A stretch of 64,000 nt of DNA from Verrucomicrobiota bacterium (GTDB lineage: Bacteria > Verrucomicrobiota > Verrucomicrobiia > Opitutales > Coraliomargaritaceae): positions 64,001 to 128,000 of the forward strand of contig JBCBZJ010000005.1 in assembly GCA_039815375.1 (NCBI GenBank). Direction: 5' to 3'. A program made the translations under genes and the position numbers. This document shows positions 10,223 to 18,928 of this stretch, in pieces (within the stretch, counting starts at the first letter, position 1; each line of letters opens with the position of its first letter). The notes beneath the pieces are model-generated. The model made no database searches. It was given only the letters and a program-made list of their open reading frames with translations, and was not told where the DNA came from.

Positions 10223-10570
10223 ATGACAAAATATCTGACATTGCTCAGCTCGAAATCTCAAAAGGATGAAGTTGTTGAGACGGAGCTACCGAAGCTTAAT
10301 TTGTTTAAGACGGTAGAAAGGTTAGAGCGTATGCGTTTCGTTCAATCCGCTTCCGGTTTGACTCGATTGTTGAGTTTTACCCCTTTGAAGTTTAGACAAC
10401 TCTGTCTCCCCGCACTGCTTGTTTTTAGTGAACTGAAAAGTGAATCGGTTCAGCTCTCTAAAACATTAGGCGCTTCGTGCTTTAAATGGTTGCCTCTGCC
10501 ACAGCTTAAATGGAGCGCAGTCTCACCGGCCATACCGGTTCCACTAGACGGTTTCAATGGCTCCGGTTGA
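10223..10570 (+). CDS. Small hypothetical protein, first ORF of the kinase-ParA unit
   Basis: ATG start after an A/C-rich leader, 115 aa, co-oriented and 44 bp before the kinase gene. No recognisable motif. Confidence 0.5.
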   Translation: MTKYLTLLSSKSQKDEVVETELPKLNLFKTVERLERMRFVQSASGLTRLLSFTPLKFRQLCLPALLVFSELKSESVQLSKTLGASCFKWLPLPQLKWSAVSPAIPVPLDGFNGSG

Positions 10571-10614
10571 GCCCAAATAACGCATCGAGCTTCAAGTATT
10601 AACCCCAAACTTAA

Positions 10615-11562
10615 ATGGATATTTCAAAAATGAGATTTACCGACGAAGTTTCTTCGCTCCAACCTGGTATGGCCATCGGCAACCTGCACATTGTCAGTTT
10701 TATCGGCAAGGGTGCAATTGGTGAAGTTTACCTCGCGCAGCACGAGATATTAGGAAAGCAATTTGCTATTAAGGTGATTCCGAAAGGTTTTTCCGGTAGT
10801 GATGGACCGACTGCATTTAAACAAGCAGCCCGTATTCAGACTAAACTGGATCATCCCCATATACTTCGGATCGATGATCTGGGAGAGGAGGAACTGTTTT
10901 ACTGGCTTCGGATGGAATACATCGAAGGCGAAGAAACCGCTGAAAAGGCTCGTATCCGCACACTTCAAGATTTGATGCGGAACAACAAGGGCCCGCTCAG
11001 CGAGGAGGAGGTAAACTACTACCTCTATTATCTCTTGCTCGGTATCGATTACGCCCACACCCAAGGTATCATTCACCAAGATCTTAAACCGGCTAACATC
11101 ATGATCGCGGAAGAGGGAGTAAAGATTGCCGAGCTCGGTGTCACCGAACTCATCGGGCACGCTTGGGATGACTTTCATATTCAGCGCCGCGAGGTCCGTC
11201 TTGATCCGACTCCGTTTGATCCTCTACCCGGCTACAGTCGTGCGCTTCCTTCTCTATTAACTGCATTTGAATACTACAGCCCTGAGCAGCGCGCTGGTAA
11301 ACAAGCTGATTTCGTTAGTAACCTTTACAGTGTTGGGCTCATTGCCTACCGCATGTTGACGGGTCGCCACAGTCTTTCGCTTGATATGCCCACCCGTGCT
11401 GTCAACGGGATCAATCCACGCTGGGATGCGTGGATTGCCCGTGCGCTGGCTTACGACACTGAAGACCGCTTCCAGTCTGCGGCTGAAATGCTGCGGGCAA
11501 TGCCCGGGCTCGAAACCGAAACCGCCGAGAACTCCGGCGCTGTCCAGGAGGTCGCAGGTTAG
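10615..11562 (+). CDS. Soluble Hanks-type Ser/Thr kinase-fold protein, probable pseudokinase
   Basis: GKGAIGEVY, FAIK, HQDLKPAN and YSPEQ are present. DFG reads ELG, the alphaC Glu reads Ala, and the subdomain IX Asp reads Asn. No TM helix. Confidence 0.88.
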   Translation: MDISKMRFTDEVSSLQPGMAIGNLHIVSFIGKGAIGEVYLAQHEILGKQFAIKVIPKGFSGSDGPTAFKQAARIQTKLDHPHILRIDDLGEEELFYWLRMEYIEGEETAEKARIRTLQDLMRNNKGPLSEEEVNYYLYYLLLGIDYAHTQGIIHQDLKPANIMIAEEGVKIAELGVTELIGHAWDDFHIQRREVRLDPTPFDPLPGYSRALPSLLTAFEYYSPEQRAGKQADFVSNLYSVGLIAYRMLTGRHSLSLDMPTRAVNGINPRWDAWIARALAYDTEDRFQSAAEMLRAMPGLETETAENSGAVQEVAG

Positions 11563-11600
11563 TTAATTTTTAAACTCAACCCATCCAACCTAACATCGTC

Positions 11601-12326
11601 ATGTCTATCCAACGCAAATTCAAAGTCACCACTACCGTCACTCAATATATGTGGGCTTCTTCGCGGAATGATGCCGCTAAATTCCAAGAGGAACTGATTC
11701 AAAAAGGAAAACTTGATATTATGCGTGATGGCGAAACGGATGTGAAGTTCTGCTTCACGGGTGGTCGCGATTTTGTTGAAGCGCCCGAGGATATTTCCAA
11801 GACACGTGATCCGGTCGATCAACCAAGACGTGGTGATTGGCTCGAAATCGCTCATGGTGATGTCAAAGCATTTGCACTTGTTCGTCGGCTTAGCAGGCGC
11901 AAGGTTTATTATTATGAAGCACTTTCCCGCACCGAACGTTCGGTTGATCGCGAGCGTTGGCAACGTTGGGCGACGCAACACTCGATCCATCCCTGCTACG
12001 ATGGAATCGTGCCTCCGTTCATTGTGGACGAAGTCATTCAGGCTCACGAAGAGCGTGGTATGCTCAGCGGATTCAATGCCACACCGGACTCTTCGCTGAT
12101 TCTCGAAATCCTCGATAAATATGGCTATGTGCCGGACGACTATGAGGTTGAGAACGGCTACTGGGCTGAGATTTACATCGACCGTGCGCTTTCCGACAAA
12201 ATTTTAGCTAGCCAGCAAGAGCCATCGATGAAGACTGGGACTGGTGGTGACGATGAGTTTGGTGATTTCTCTGTAGGGTTCTCCGAAGAGTTGCCTACTA
12301 TCGATGATTTTGAATCTAAATTCTAG
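11601..12326 (+). CDS. Hypothetical protein with acidic C-terminal tail
   Basis: 241-aa ORF with operon-like spacing, ending GGDDEFGDFSVGFSEELPTIDDFESKF. Confidence 0.8.
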   Translation: MSIQRKFKVTTTVTQYMWASSRNDAAKFQEELIQKGKLDIMRDGETDVKFCFTGGRDFVEAPEDISKTRDPVDQPRRGDWLEIAHGDVKAFALVRRLSRRKVYYYEALSRTERSVDRERWQRWATQHSIHPCYDGIVPPFIVDEVIQAHEERGMLSGFNATPDSSLILEILDKYGYVPDDYEVENGYWAEIYIDRALSDKILASQQEPSMKTGTGGDDEFGDFSVGFSEELPTIDDFESKF

Positions 12327-12375
12327 CGCTGAGACTAGCGCATACGCACATTTTCAATACTTTAAGGGATAGCCC

Positions 12376-13305
12376 ATGGCACGCAAACTAGCATTTATCA
12401 ATTACAAGGGTGGAGTCGGTAAGACTTCTCTCATTGTCAACATCGCTTCCTGCCTCGCGAAAAGCGGTAAACGTGTCCTTCTGTGTGACCTTGATACTCA
12501 GTCGAATTCCAGTATCTGGTTGATGCGTATTGAGCGCTGGAACCGTATTAATATGGAAAAGCGTGGCTCGGTTTACTCTATTTTTGATCCAGGCGAAGAT
12601 AGAATCAGCGATATTATCGTTAAGGACGTGCTTCAAGACAACCAAGGCAAAGCACTGTTACCGGGTCTGGATCTCCTGCCCACGACCTTTAACCTTATCG
12701 ACATAGAGAATGAGTATAAAATCAACCCGCAGAATCCTCATTACCTGATTTACAATGAGCAGATTCGTGAGGTCGAAAAAGACTACGACTTCATCCTCTA
12801 CGACTGCCCGCCCAATGTTCTCAACGCTTCTCAATGTGGCATATTCAGTGCCGACGAGCTCTACGTTCCAGCCAATCCCGATGCGCTCTCTCTCATTGGT
12901 TTTACTCTGATGATCGAGAAGCTTCTTCTATTCTACCGTCGTTCTGCCGGATTCCGTGTGCCTGAAATGGGCAACTTCGCTCGTGTTTCTGGAGTGATTT
13001 TCAACTCAATTAAAGCCAATGTCGACATAGGTGTGCCTAAGATGCGTATGCAGCTTCGTCTCAACCAGTTCAAGAAGCAGCGCTTGGTATCAAACGAAGC
13101 GAAGATTTACGATGCCTGTGTGCGCGACGCAACTATTGTTCGTCGGGCTGTGACACTTGGTTTGCCAGTCTGTCTGGTTGAAAGTCGTGATGTTATCGAT
13201 GGTGTTGGTAAGGATTACAACGATCTGGCAGAGGAGATACTGGCCCACGATGTCAATTCGCCTGCGGCCTCCCAAACGACGAACCCGATGGCTAGTGCAT
13301 CCTAA
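12376..13305 (+). CDS. ParA/Soj-family ATPase (orphan; no parB in window)
   Basis: Deviant Walker A KGGVGKTS, DLDTQSNSS, Walker B FILYDCPP. Confidence 0.93.
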   Translation: MARKLAFINYKGGVGKTSLIVNIASCLAKSGKRVLLCDLDTQSNSSIWLMRIERWNRINMEKRGSVYSIFDPGEDRISDIIVKDVLQDNQGKALLPGLDLLPTTFNLIDIENEYKINPQNPHYLIYNEQIREVEKDYDFILYDCPPNVLNASQCGIFSADELYVPANPDALSLIGFTLMIEKLLLFYRRSAGFRVPEMGNFARVSGVIFNSIKANVDIGVPKMRMQLRLNQFKKQRLVSNEAKIYDACVRDATIVRRAVTLGLPVCLVESRDVIDGVGKDYNDLAEEILAHDVNSPAASQTTNPMASAS

Positions 13306-13311
13306 TCTGAT

Positions 13312-14355
13312 ATGAGTAAATTTCTCCAAAAACAATCCATTCAGGAACCAAGTCAGGAACAAATTGAGGCCCTCGCTGCGCGTTGGGACAAAGTAGCCTA
13401 TCGCGCCCAAGGTTCTCCTTTTGAAGACCTCAGCATCGCTTGTCTGGCCAAGAATACAGGCACACGTGTCTGGCATAGGCCTGGTGCCAAGGTAAAGAAC
13501 GATACTATCGGGCGCTACATCTACTTCAGCTTTGAGGAACTTCTCGAGGTCGAGAAGCTCGACTTTAAAATCGCCGCACACTTAGTTGAAGTTTGCGAAG
13601 CAACTTTCCTTTTTGAAGAAGAGTGCGATGAAATCGGCACTTTTGATGAGATCGACATGCAGGCCTATAAGCAACGCATGCGTTTCGTGGAAGAGTTTGG
13701 GCTGAACCATGACTTCCCGGTGGCTCTCGCAAATCTCGAGCCCGAGCTGCGTGAACTCTGCACAGTTGAAGAGGTCGTTACCTTTATTGATTTAATGAGT
13801 TTCCTAGATCGGCTGACTGACGTCGCTTGGATCGGTGGAACGTATCGAAGCCTCCAAAACGCCTTTGCTCATGGCGATGAGAAGGGCCTAACAAGATACT
13901 TCCCCTATCGATTGGGCCATCGTGGCTTCCATTTACCGGAAGCACTTTCCTTTATTTTGAGCCGCCTAGCTCAGAAGGATTTGAACGAGGTGTTCGAGTA
14001 TCATGAACGCCGTCGCCGCCGGCATAGACTCGGTGGTAAGCGCATGGAAATGCCTGCTTGTGTTGAGAGCAGTCTACTGCCTGAGATTTTCAAATGCATG
14101 CACTATTTCGGTAGTCGACAGCCACGTCTGCTTGTTCGTTTGCATGATTCCGCTTACCTTTGCCGGGAGCTCATGTTTCTGAATGATCCTCAGACTGAGG
14201 GTGTATTGCATTGGTTAATACACCTTTCTCTTGGAGTCTTCCGTCCGAACCAATTCAAAGACCTTTCCGAAGAAATCAAGGCTGTGGGGAGCGCTCGGAA
14301 TGATGAACTCGTTCAAGAGCTTCGCCGTATGTTGTCGGACGAAGCTACAGCTTAA
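13312..14355 (+). CDS. Hypothetical protein with alpha-CTD/HhH-like segments
   Basis: 347-aa ORF 6 bp after parA. Two segments resemble the RNA polymerase alpha C-terminal domain by eye. Confidence 0.75.
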   Translation: MSKFLQKQSIQEPSQEQIEALAARWDKVAYRAQGSPFEDLSIACLAKNTGTRVWHRPGAKVKNDTIGRYIYFSFEELLEVEKLDFKIAAHLVEVCEATFLFEEECDEIGTFDEIDMQAYKQRMRFVEEFGLNHDFPVALANLEPELRELCTVEEVVTFIDLMSFLDRLTDVAWIGGTYRSLQNAFAHGDEKGLTRYFPYRLGHRGFHLPEALSFILSRLAQKDLNEVFEYHERRRRRHRLGGKRMEMPACVESSLLPEIFKCMHYFGSRQPRLLVRLHDSAYLCRELMFLNDPQTEGVLHWLIHLSLGVFRPNQFKDLSEEIKAVGSARNDELVQELRRMLSDEATA

Positions 14356-14368
14356 GCTGTAGCTTTTT
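14342..14368 (+). terminator. Perfect 24-bp palindrome plus T-run at a convergent gene junction
   Basis: AAGCTACAGCTTAAGCTGTAGCTT (14342-14365), followed by TTT on the + strand. Confidence 0.6.
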
Positions 14369-17300
14369 CGCCCGAACGATTCTTTGCGATCAGCATATAG
14401 ATGCTGGGCAAAAAGATTAAGGTAAAGATCGTTCCGATTGCCATACCGCCGACGAGGACAAGGCCGATCGAGTTACGTGCTGCGGCGCCAGCACCCGTGA
14501 CTAGTGTCAGCGGGAAATGACCGGCAACTGTCGCGACAGTTGTCATAAGGATCGGGCGTAGTCGCACCTCGGAAGCGCGTTGCACAGCATCGAGTTTTGA
14601 GAAGCCCTGGCGCTGGAGTTCATTGGCGAACTCGACAATGAGAATGCCGTTTTTCGCAACGAGTCCAACGAGAGTGACGAGTCCGACCTGCGAGTAAATA
14701 TTAAGCGAAGTCGTCCAGCCATTTGTCCAAAAGGGCATGGTTGGATCAAACATCTTCAGGAAGGTAAAGATGAGCGCACCAAACATAGCCAAAGGCACCG
14801 AGCCAAGTAGAATGATAAAGGGATCGCGAAAGCTGTTGAATTGGGCAGAGAGCACGAGGAAAATCAGCACTACAGCTAGCATGAAGGCAGGTAGGAAAGT
14901 ATTCCCTTCTTTTCTTAGCTGACGCGATTCTCCGGCATAGTCGATACGGTAACCGTCCGGTAGAATTTCATCGGCGGTCTCTTCGAGAAAAGCTAAGCCA
15001 CTTTCGAGTGGTCCCTTATAGACTCCGCTCATCTTGACCGCGTTAAATTGTTGGAAACGATTCAAGGAACGTGCTTTGACCGATTCTTCGATGGAAGCGA
15101 TAGTGCTAAGTTGAACGAGTTGTCCTTCCGGACCCTTGACGTAGATTTCTTCCAATTGATCCGGTGTGAGGCGTCCGATGCGCTCAATTTGGGGGATGAC
15201 CTTGTAGCTGCGTCCGTCGATGTTAAATCGGTTGACGTAAGCACCGCCGACGAGCGAGCCGAGATCGGCGCCAACATCGCGGAGGTCCAGACCAAGTGTG
15301 CTTACCATGTCACGGTCGATCTTAAATTCGCTCTGCGGTTGGTCGACTTTGGTATCGATGATTGGAGGGAAGGCAAAGTCGCCACTCTGCATCGCTCTGG
15401 TATTCAGCTGGTTAACATATTGGAGGATTTCCTCGGGCTCGTCCGTCGATGCGATGATGAATTCGATTGGAAAATCGCTTCCTCCTGGGAGTGCGGCGGG
15501 AGTAGCTGGGAAGATGTTGATCCCGGAAATCCGGCTGAGACGCTCTTGCGCGATCTGTTTGATGTCCTGGACGGTTCGATCACGCTGGCTCCACGGGCTA
15601 AGGATCATTCCACTGAAGCCGGAGTCAGGCAGTGTGACTTGGAAAGTATAATCGGTTTCTTCAAAACCGAAAAATATGCTGTTGGCGGATTCAGCGAAAC
15701 GACTCATCTCCTCCATGGAGAAATTTGCTGGGCCATCAACAATTCCGAAAATGACGCCTTGGTCCTCCTCGGGAGCGAGCTCTTTCGGTGAGAGCACGAA
15801 CATCGGGAGGCAGAGTAGGGTCAGTAAGATCCAAATCAGGTAGGTCGCCCAGCGGGTTGACAGGGCAACACGAAGAATCTTTCCATAGACCACGCGCAGC
15901 TTGTCGAAGCCTCTGTTGATATGAAGCGCGAGTCCTTTGTGGGCTCCTGCCTTGAGAACTTTGGAAGAGAGCATGGGGCTGAGGGTCAGCGCCACAATTG
16001 TCGAAACAATCACCGCCCCGGAGAGGGTGAGGGCAAACTCTCGGAATAGGGAACCGGTCAAGCCACCCTGGAAGCCGATTGGAAGATAAACCGCGATCAG
16101 AGTGAGTGTCGTAGCGATGACGGGACCGATCAATTCGCGCACTCCGGTGAGAGCAGCATCCGTTGCAGACATACCTTCCTCAAGATGGCGTTCGATGTTC
16201 TCTACTACAATGATAGCATCGTCCACCACGATGCCAACTGATAAGACGATCGCCAAGAGTGTGAGTAGATTGATCGTAAAGCCGAAGATCTGCATCAGGA
16301 AGATTCCACCGATAAGCGAAATCGGGATCGCGACAATCGGCACAAGCACGGTGCGGATACGGCCCATGAAAAGGAAAATCACAATCATCACGATCATGAG
16401 TGTTTCAACCAAAGTGATGGTAACCTCTTTGATCGATTCTTCGATATATATGGTGGAGTCGTAGCCGATGTTTGCCTCGAGCCCTTCAGGTAAGGTTTTC
16501 TTGATGTCCTCAAGTTCTTCGCGAACTGCCCGTATGACATCAACCGTATTGGCGTTCGGCATCACGAAAATGCCGAAGAAGACCGCCTTCTCTCCAGAAA
16601 AACGGACCTCAGCATCGTAATTCTCTCCACCCAATTCGACAGTGGCGATGTCTTTGATGCGGATGATTGTATCGCCCCTGTTGAATACTGCCAATTGCTT
16701 GAAGTCTTCGACGGAATTGAGGTCCGTATCTGCAGTAAGATTGATCGTAACGAGGTTTCCCTTAGTTCGGCCAACAGCGGAGAGGTAGTTGTTGGCAGCG
16801 AGTGCATCACGGACCTGTGCGGGATTGACCCCTAGCGAGGCCATACGATCTGCATCGAGCCAGATACGCATCGCAAAAGTTCTGCCGCCCAGAATTTCAG
16901 CTTCTTGCACGCCGGGAATTGCAGTAAGGCGGGGCTGGATCTCTCTCACCAGAAAGTCCGTTATCTCGTTTGCCTCCAATATACTTGATGCAAAGGAAAG
17001 GTAGGATGCGGCACGGTCTGTGTCAGCAGATTCAACCGTGATAATAGGGACTTCAGACTCGGGTGGCAGGTCTCCTCGAACCTCGTCAACCTTGGCGCTG
17101 ATTTCAGCAAGCGCCTTTGTCGAGTCATAGTTGAGCTCTAGGCGCGCGGTAATAGTTGAAACTCCGAGTGTGCTGCTCGAAGAAACATATTCGATCCCGT
17201 CAGCTGTAGCAATGGCCCGCTCAAGTGGAGTTGTAATGAACCCACGGACGAGTTCCGCGCCTGCCCCGGTGTAGACTGTAGTGACAGTGACTCTCGCATT

Positions 17301-17429
17301 TTCACTTTTTGGATATTGGCGGATAGTCAATGACGAGATGGCCTGCAAGCCCGCGATCACGATCACCATGCTCACAACAATCGAGAGCACAGGTCGTTTG
17401 ACGAAAATATCGGTAAAAGCAGTAGGCAT
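14352..17429 (-). CDS. RND efflux permease (AcrB/MexW-like)
   Basis: 1025 aa; GIVVDDAIIVVENI, KNGILIVEFA, RLRPILMT. Confidence 0.96.
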   Translation of the reverse strand: MPTAFTDIFVKRPVLSIVVSMVIVIAGLQAISSLTIRQYPKSENARVTVTTVYTGAGAELVRGFITTPLERAIATADGIEYVSSSSTLGVSTITARLELNYDSTKALAEISAKVDEVRGDLPPESEVPIITVESADTDRAASYLSFASSILEANEITDFLVREIQPRLTAIPGVQEAEILGGRTFAMRIWLDADRMASLGVNPAQVRDALAANNYLSAVGRTKGNLVTINLTADTDLNSVEDFKQLAVFNRGDTIIRIKDIATVELGGENYDAEVRFSGEKAVFFGIFVMPNANTVDVIRAVREELEDIKKTLPEGLEANIGYDSTIYIEESIKEVTITLVETLMIVMIVIFLFMGRIRTVLVPIVAIPISLIGGIFLMQIFGFTINLLTLLAIVLSVGIVVDDAIIVVENIERHLEEGMSATDAALTGVRELIGPVIATTLTLIAVYLPIGFQGGLTGSLFREFALTLSGAVIVSTIVALTLSPMLSSKVLKAGAHKGLALHINRGFDKLRVVYGKILRVALSTRWATYLIWILLTLLCLPMFVLSPKELAPEEDQGVIFGIVDGPANFSMEEMSRFAESANSIFFGFEETDYTFQVTLPDSGFSGMILSPWSQRDRTVQDIKQIAQERLSRISGINIFPATPAALPGGSDFPIEFIIASTDEPEEILQYVNQLNTRAMQSGDFAFPPIIDTKVDQPQSEFKIDRDMVSTLGLDLRDVGADLGSLVGGAYVNRFNIDGRSYKVIPQIERIGRLTPDQLEEIYVKGPEGQLVQLSTIASIEESVKARSLNRFQQFNAVKMSGVYKGPLESGLAFLEETADEILPDGYRIDYAGESRQLRKEGNTFLPAFMLAVVLIFLVLSAQFNSFRDPFIILLGSVPLAMFGALIFTFLKMFDPTMPFWTNGWTTSLNIYSQVGLVTLVGLVAKNGILIVEFANELQRQGFSKLDAVQRASEVRLRPILMTTVATVAGHFPLTLVTGAGAAARNSIGLVLVGGMAIGTIFTLIFLPSIYMLIAKNRSGEKATA

Positions 17430-17446
17430 CTTGAGTCGCGTGGCCT

Positions 17447-18571
17447 TTACGTGTTATCGGGTGTGGGCGCCAGCTCGGGTTTCGGAGCCATATCATTTTG
17501 GAGGCTGACCGGTGCCCCGTTGAAGAGTTTAAAGGTGCCTGCAGACACAACTTGCTCTCCAAGGCTCAAACCCTTGGTAATGCTGACATAGTCTCCTAGT
17601 GTGCGTCCCGTGCGAATGAATTTCTGAACAGCGACCTGCATGCCTTCTTCGCCGGACTCAATGACAAAGATCGAATTGCCGTAGGGAGCATAAACGATGG
17701 CCGTTGCCGGCACCGCGATGACGGTATCCTTTTCTGGAAGCACCACAGAGACTTTGACAAACAGGCCGGCCTTGAGGGAACCATCGGGATTGTCTAGTGT
17801 TCCCTGTAGCTCAACTGTCCGGGTGACCGGATCAACCTGCGGACTCATTGCAGTCACGACCCCTTCGAAGCGACGTCCGGCGTGAGCATCACTTTCAAGA
17901 ATGACCGGCATGCCGGCATCGACTTTGCCAAGGGCTTGCTGGGGGAGGGTAAAATTCACGTAGACCTGCTCGTTGGCCTGGATCGAAACAAGTGGTGCGC
18001 CCATCGCGACGTATTGACCCAGATTAACCTGCCGGATTCCAACCATACCTGTGAAGGGCGCACGGATGGTCTTTCGATCGATGATTGCCTGAATGTTCTC
18101 AACATTAGCGCTAGCTTGATCCAGCGTTGCGATGGCCCGATCGAGTTCGCTCTGCGAAACGTTGCCACTTTTCTGTAAACGTTTGGCACGCTCAAATTCG
18201 ATTTGGGCAAGTCTTGCACTGGCTTTGGCAGACTTCAACTCGGCCTTCTCGACATCGACGTCGAACTGAATGAGTAGGTCGCCGTCTTCAACCATTTGAC
18301 CGTTGGTGAAGTTAATCTCGTCGACTACGCCTGCGGCCTCCGTTTCGAGTGTAACTCCCTGAACCGGCTCGATTGAGCCGACGGCTTTGAGTTCATTGGA
18401 CCAGATCTGCTGTTGTGCCTTATAGCTGGAAACACTGACCGGCGGCAGCACCATTTCTTCCGCTGCCTTGGCCATGGCACCAAACTGCGAACCCTTTGTT
18501 GTGATGATCGCAAAAACCAGTAATCCAATCGCCACGAATAGCAGGACAACGAAAATGATCTTGTTTTTCAT
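17447..18571 (-). CDS. RND periplasmic adaptor (membrane fusion protein)
   Basis: N-terminal TM anchor, lipoyl/hairpin pattern IRAPFTGMVG, VDPVTRT. Directly upstream of the permease. Confidence 0.95.
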   Translation of the reverse strand: MKNKIIFVVLLFVAIGLLVFAIITTKGSQFGAMAKAAEEMVLPPVSVSSYKAQQQIWSNELKAVGSIEPVQGVTLETEAAGVVDEINFTNGQMVEDGDLLIQFDVDVEKAELKSAKASARLAQIEFERAKRLQKSGNVSQSELDRAIATLDQASANVENIQAIIDRKTIRAPFTGMVGIRQVNLGQYVAMGAPLVSIQANEQVYVNFTLPQQALGKVDAGMPVILESDAHAGRRFEGVVTAMSPQVDPVTRTVELQGTLDNPDGSLKAGLFVKVSVVLPEKDTVIAVPATAIVYAPYGNSIFVIESGEEGMQVAVQKFIRTGRTLGDYVSITKGLSLGEQVVSAGTFKLFNGAPVSLQNDMAPKPELAPTPDNT

Positions 18572-18768
18572 GTTCTGAATGATAACCGCCCGAGTAATCG
18601 CCCAAGCCTAGGACGCATTACTAAAGGGGCGGATTTTCTAAAATCAAACAATTGTTTGAATCTGACTGAAAAAAGTCACAGATTAATTGCTTCGAATTAG
18701 ATAAAAAATCCAAAAACTCAGTTGACGGGTAGAAGTCCGATTCCCTTAATCGCGCGTTTTCCGAGTGT

Positions 18769-18844
<76 letters not shown>

Positions 18845-18851
18845 CTTTTTT

Positions 18852-18876
18852 CCCACTTCCGGTGGGCTTTTTGTTT
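18852..18876 (+). terminator. Intrinsic terminator after tRNA-Phe
   Basis: CCCAC-ttccg-GTGGG followed by CTTTTTGTTT. Confidence 0.6.
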
Positions 18877-18928
18877 CCGAGGTATTTCAGAGGTTGCTTT
18901 AGTACTTCTTCACCTTAGTCCAAAAACC

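Noticed and set aside
15048..15791. 247-aa + strand ORF
   Set aside because: Antisense to the RND permease; no recognisable domain.
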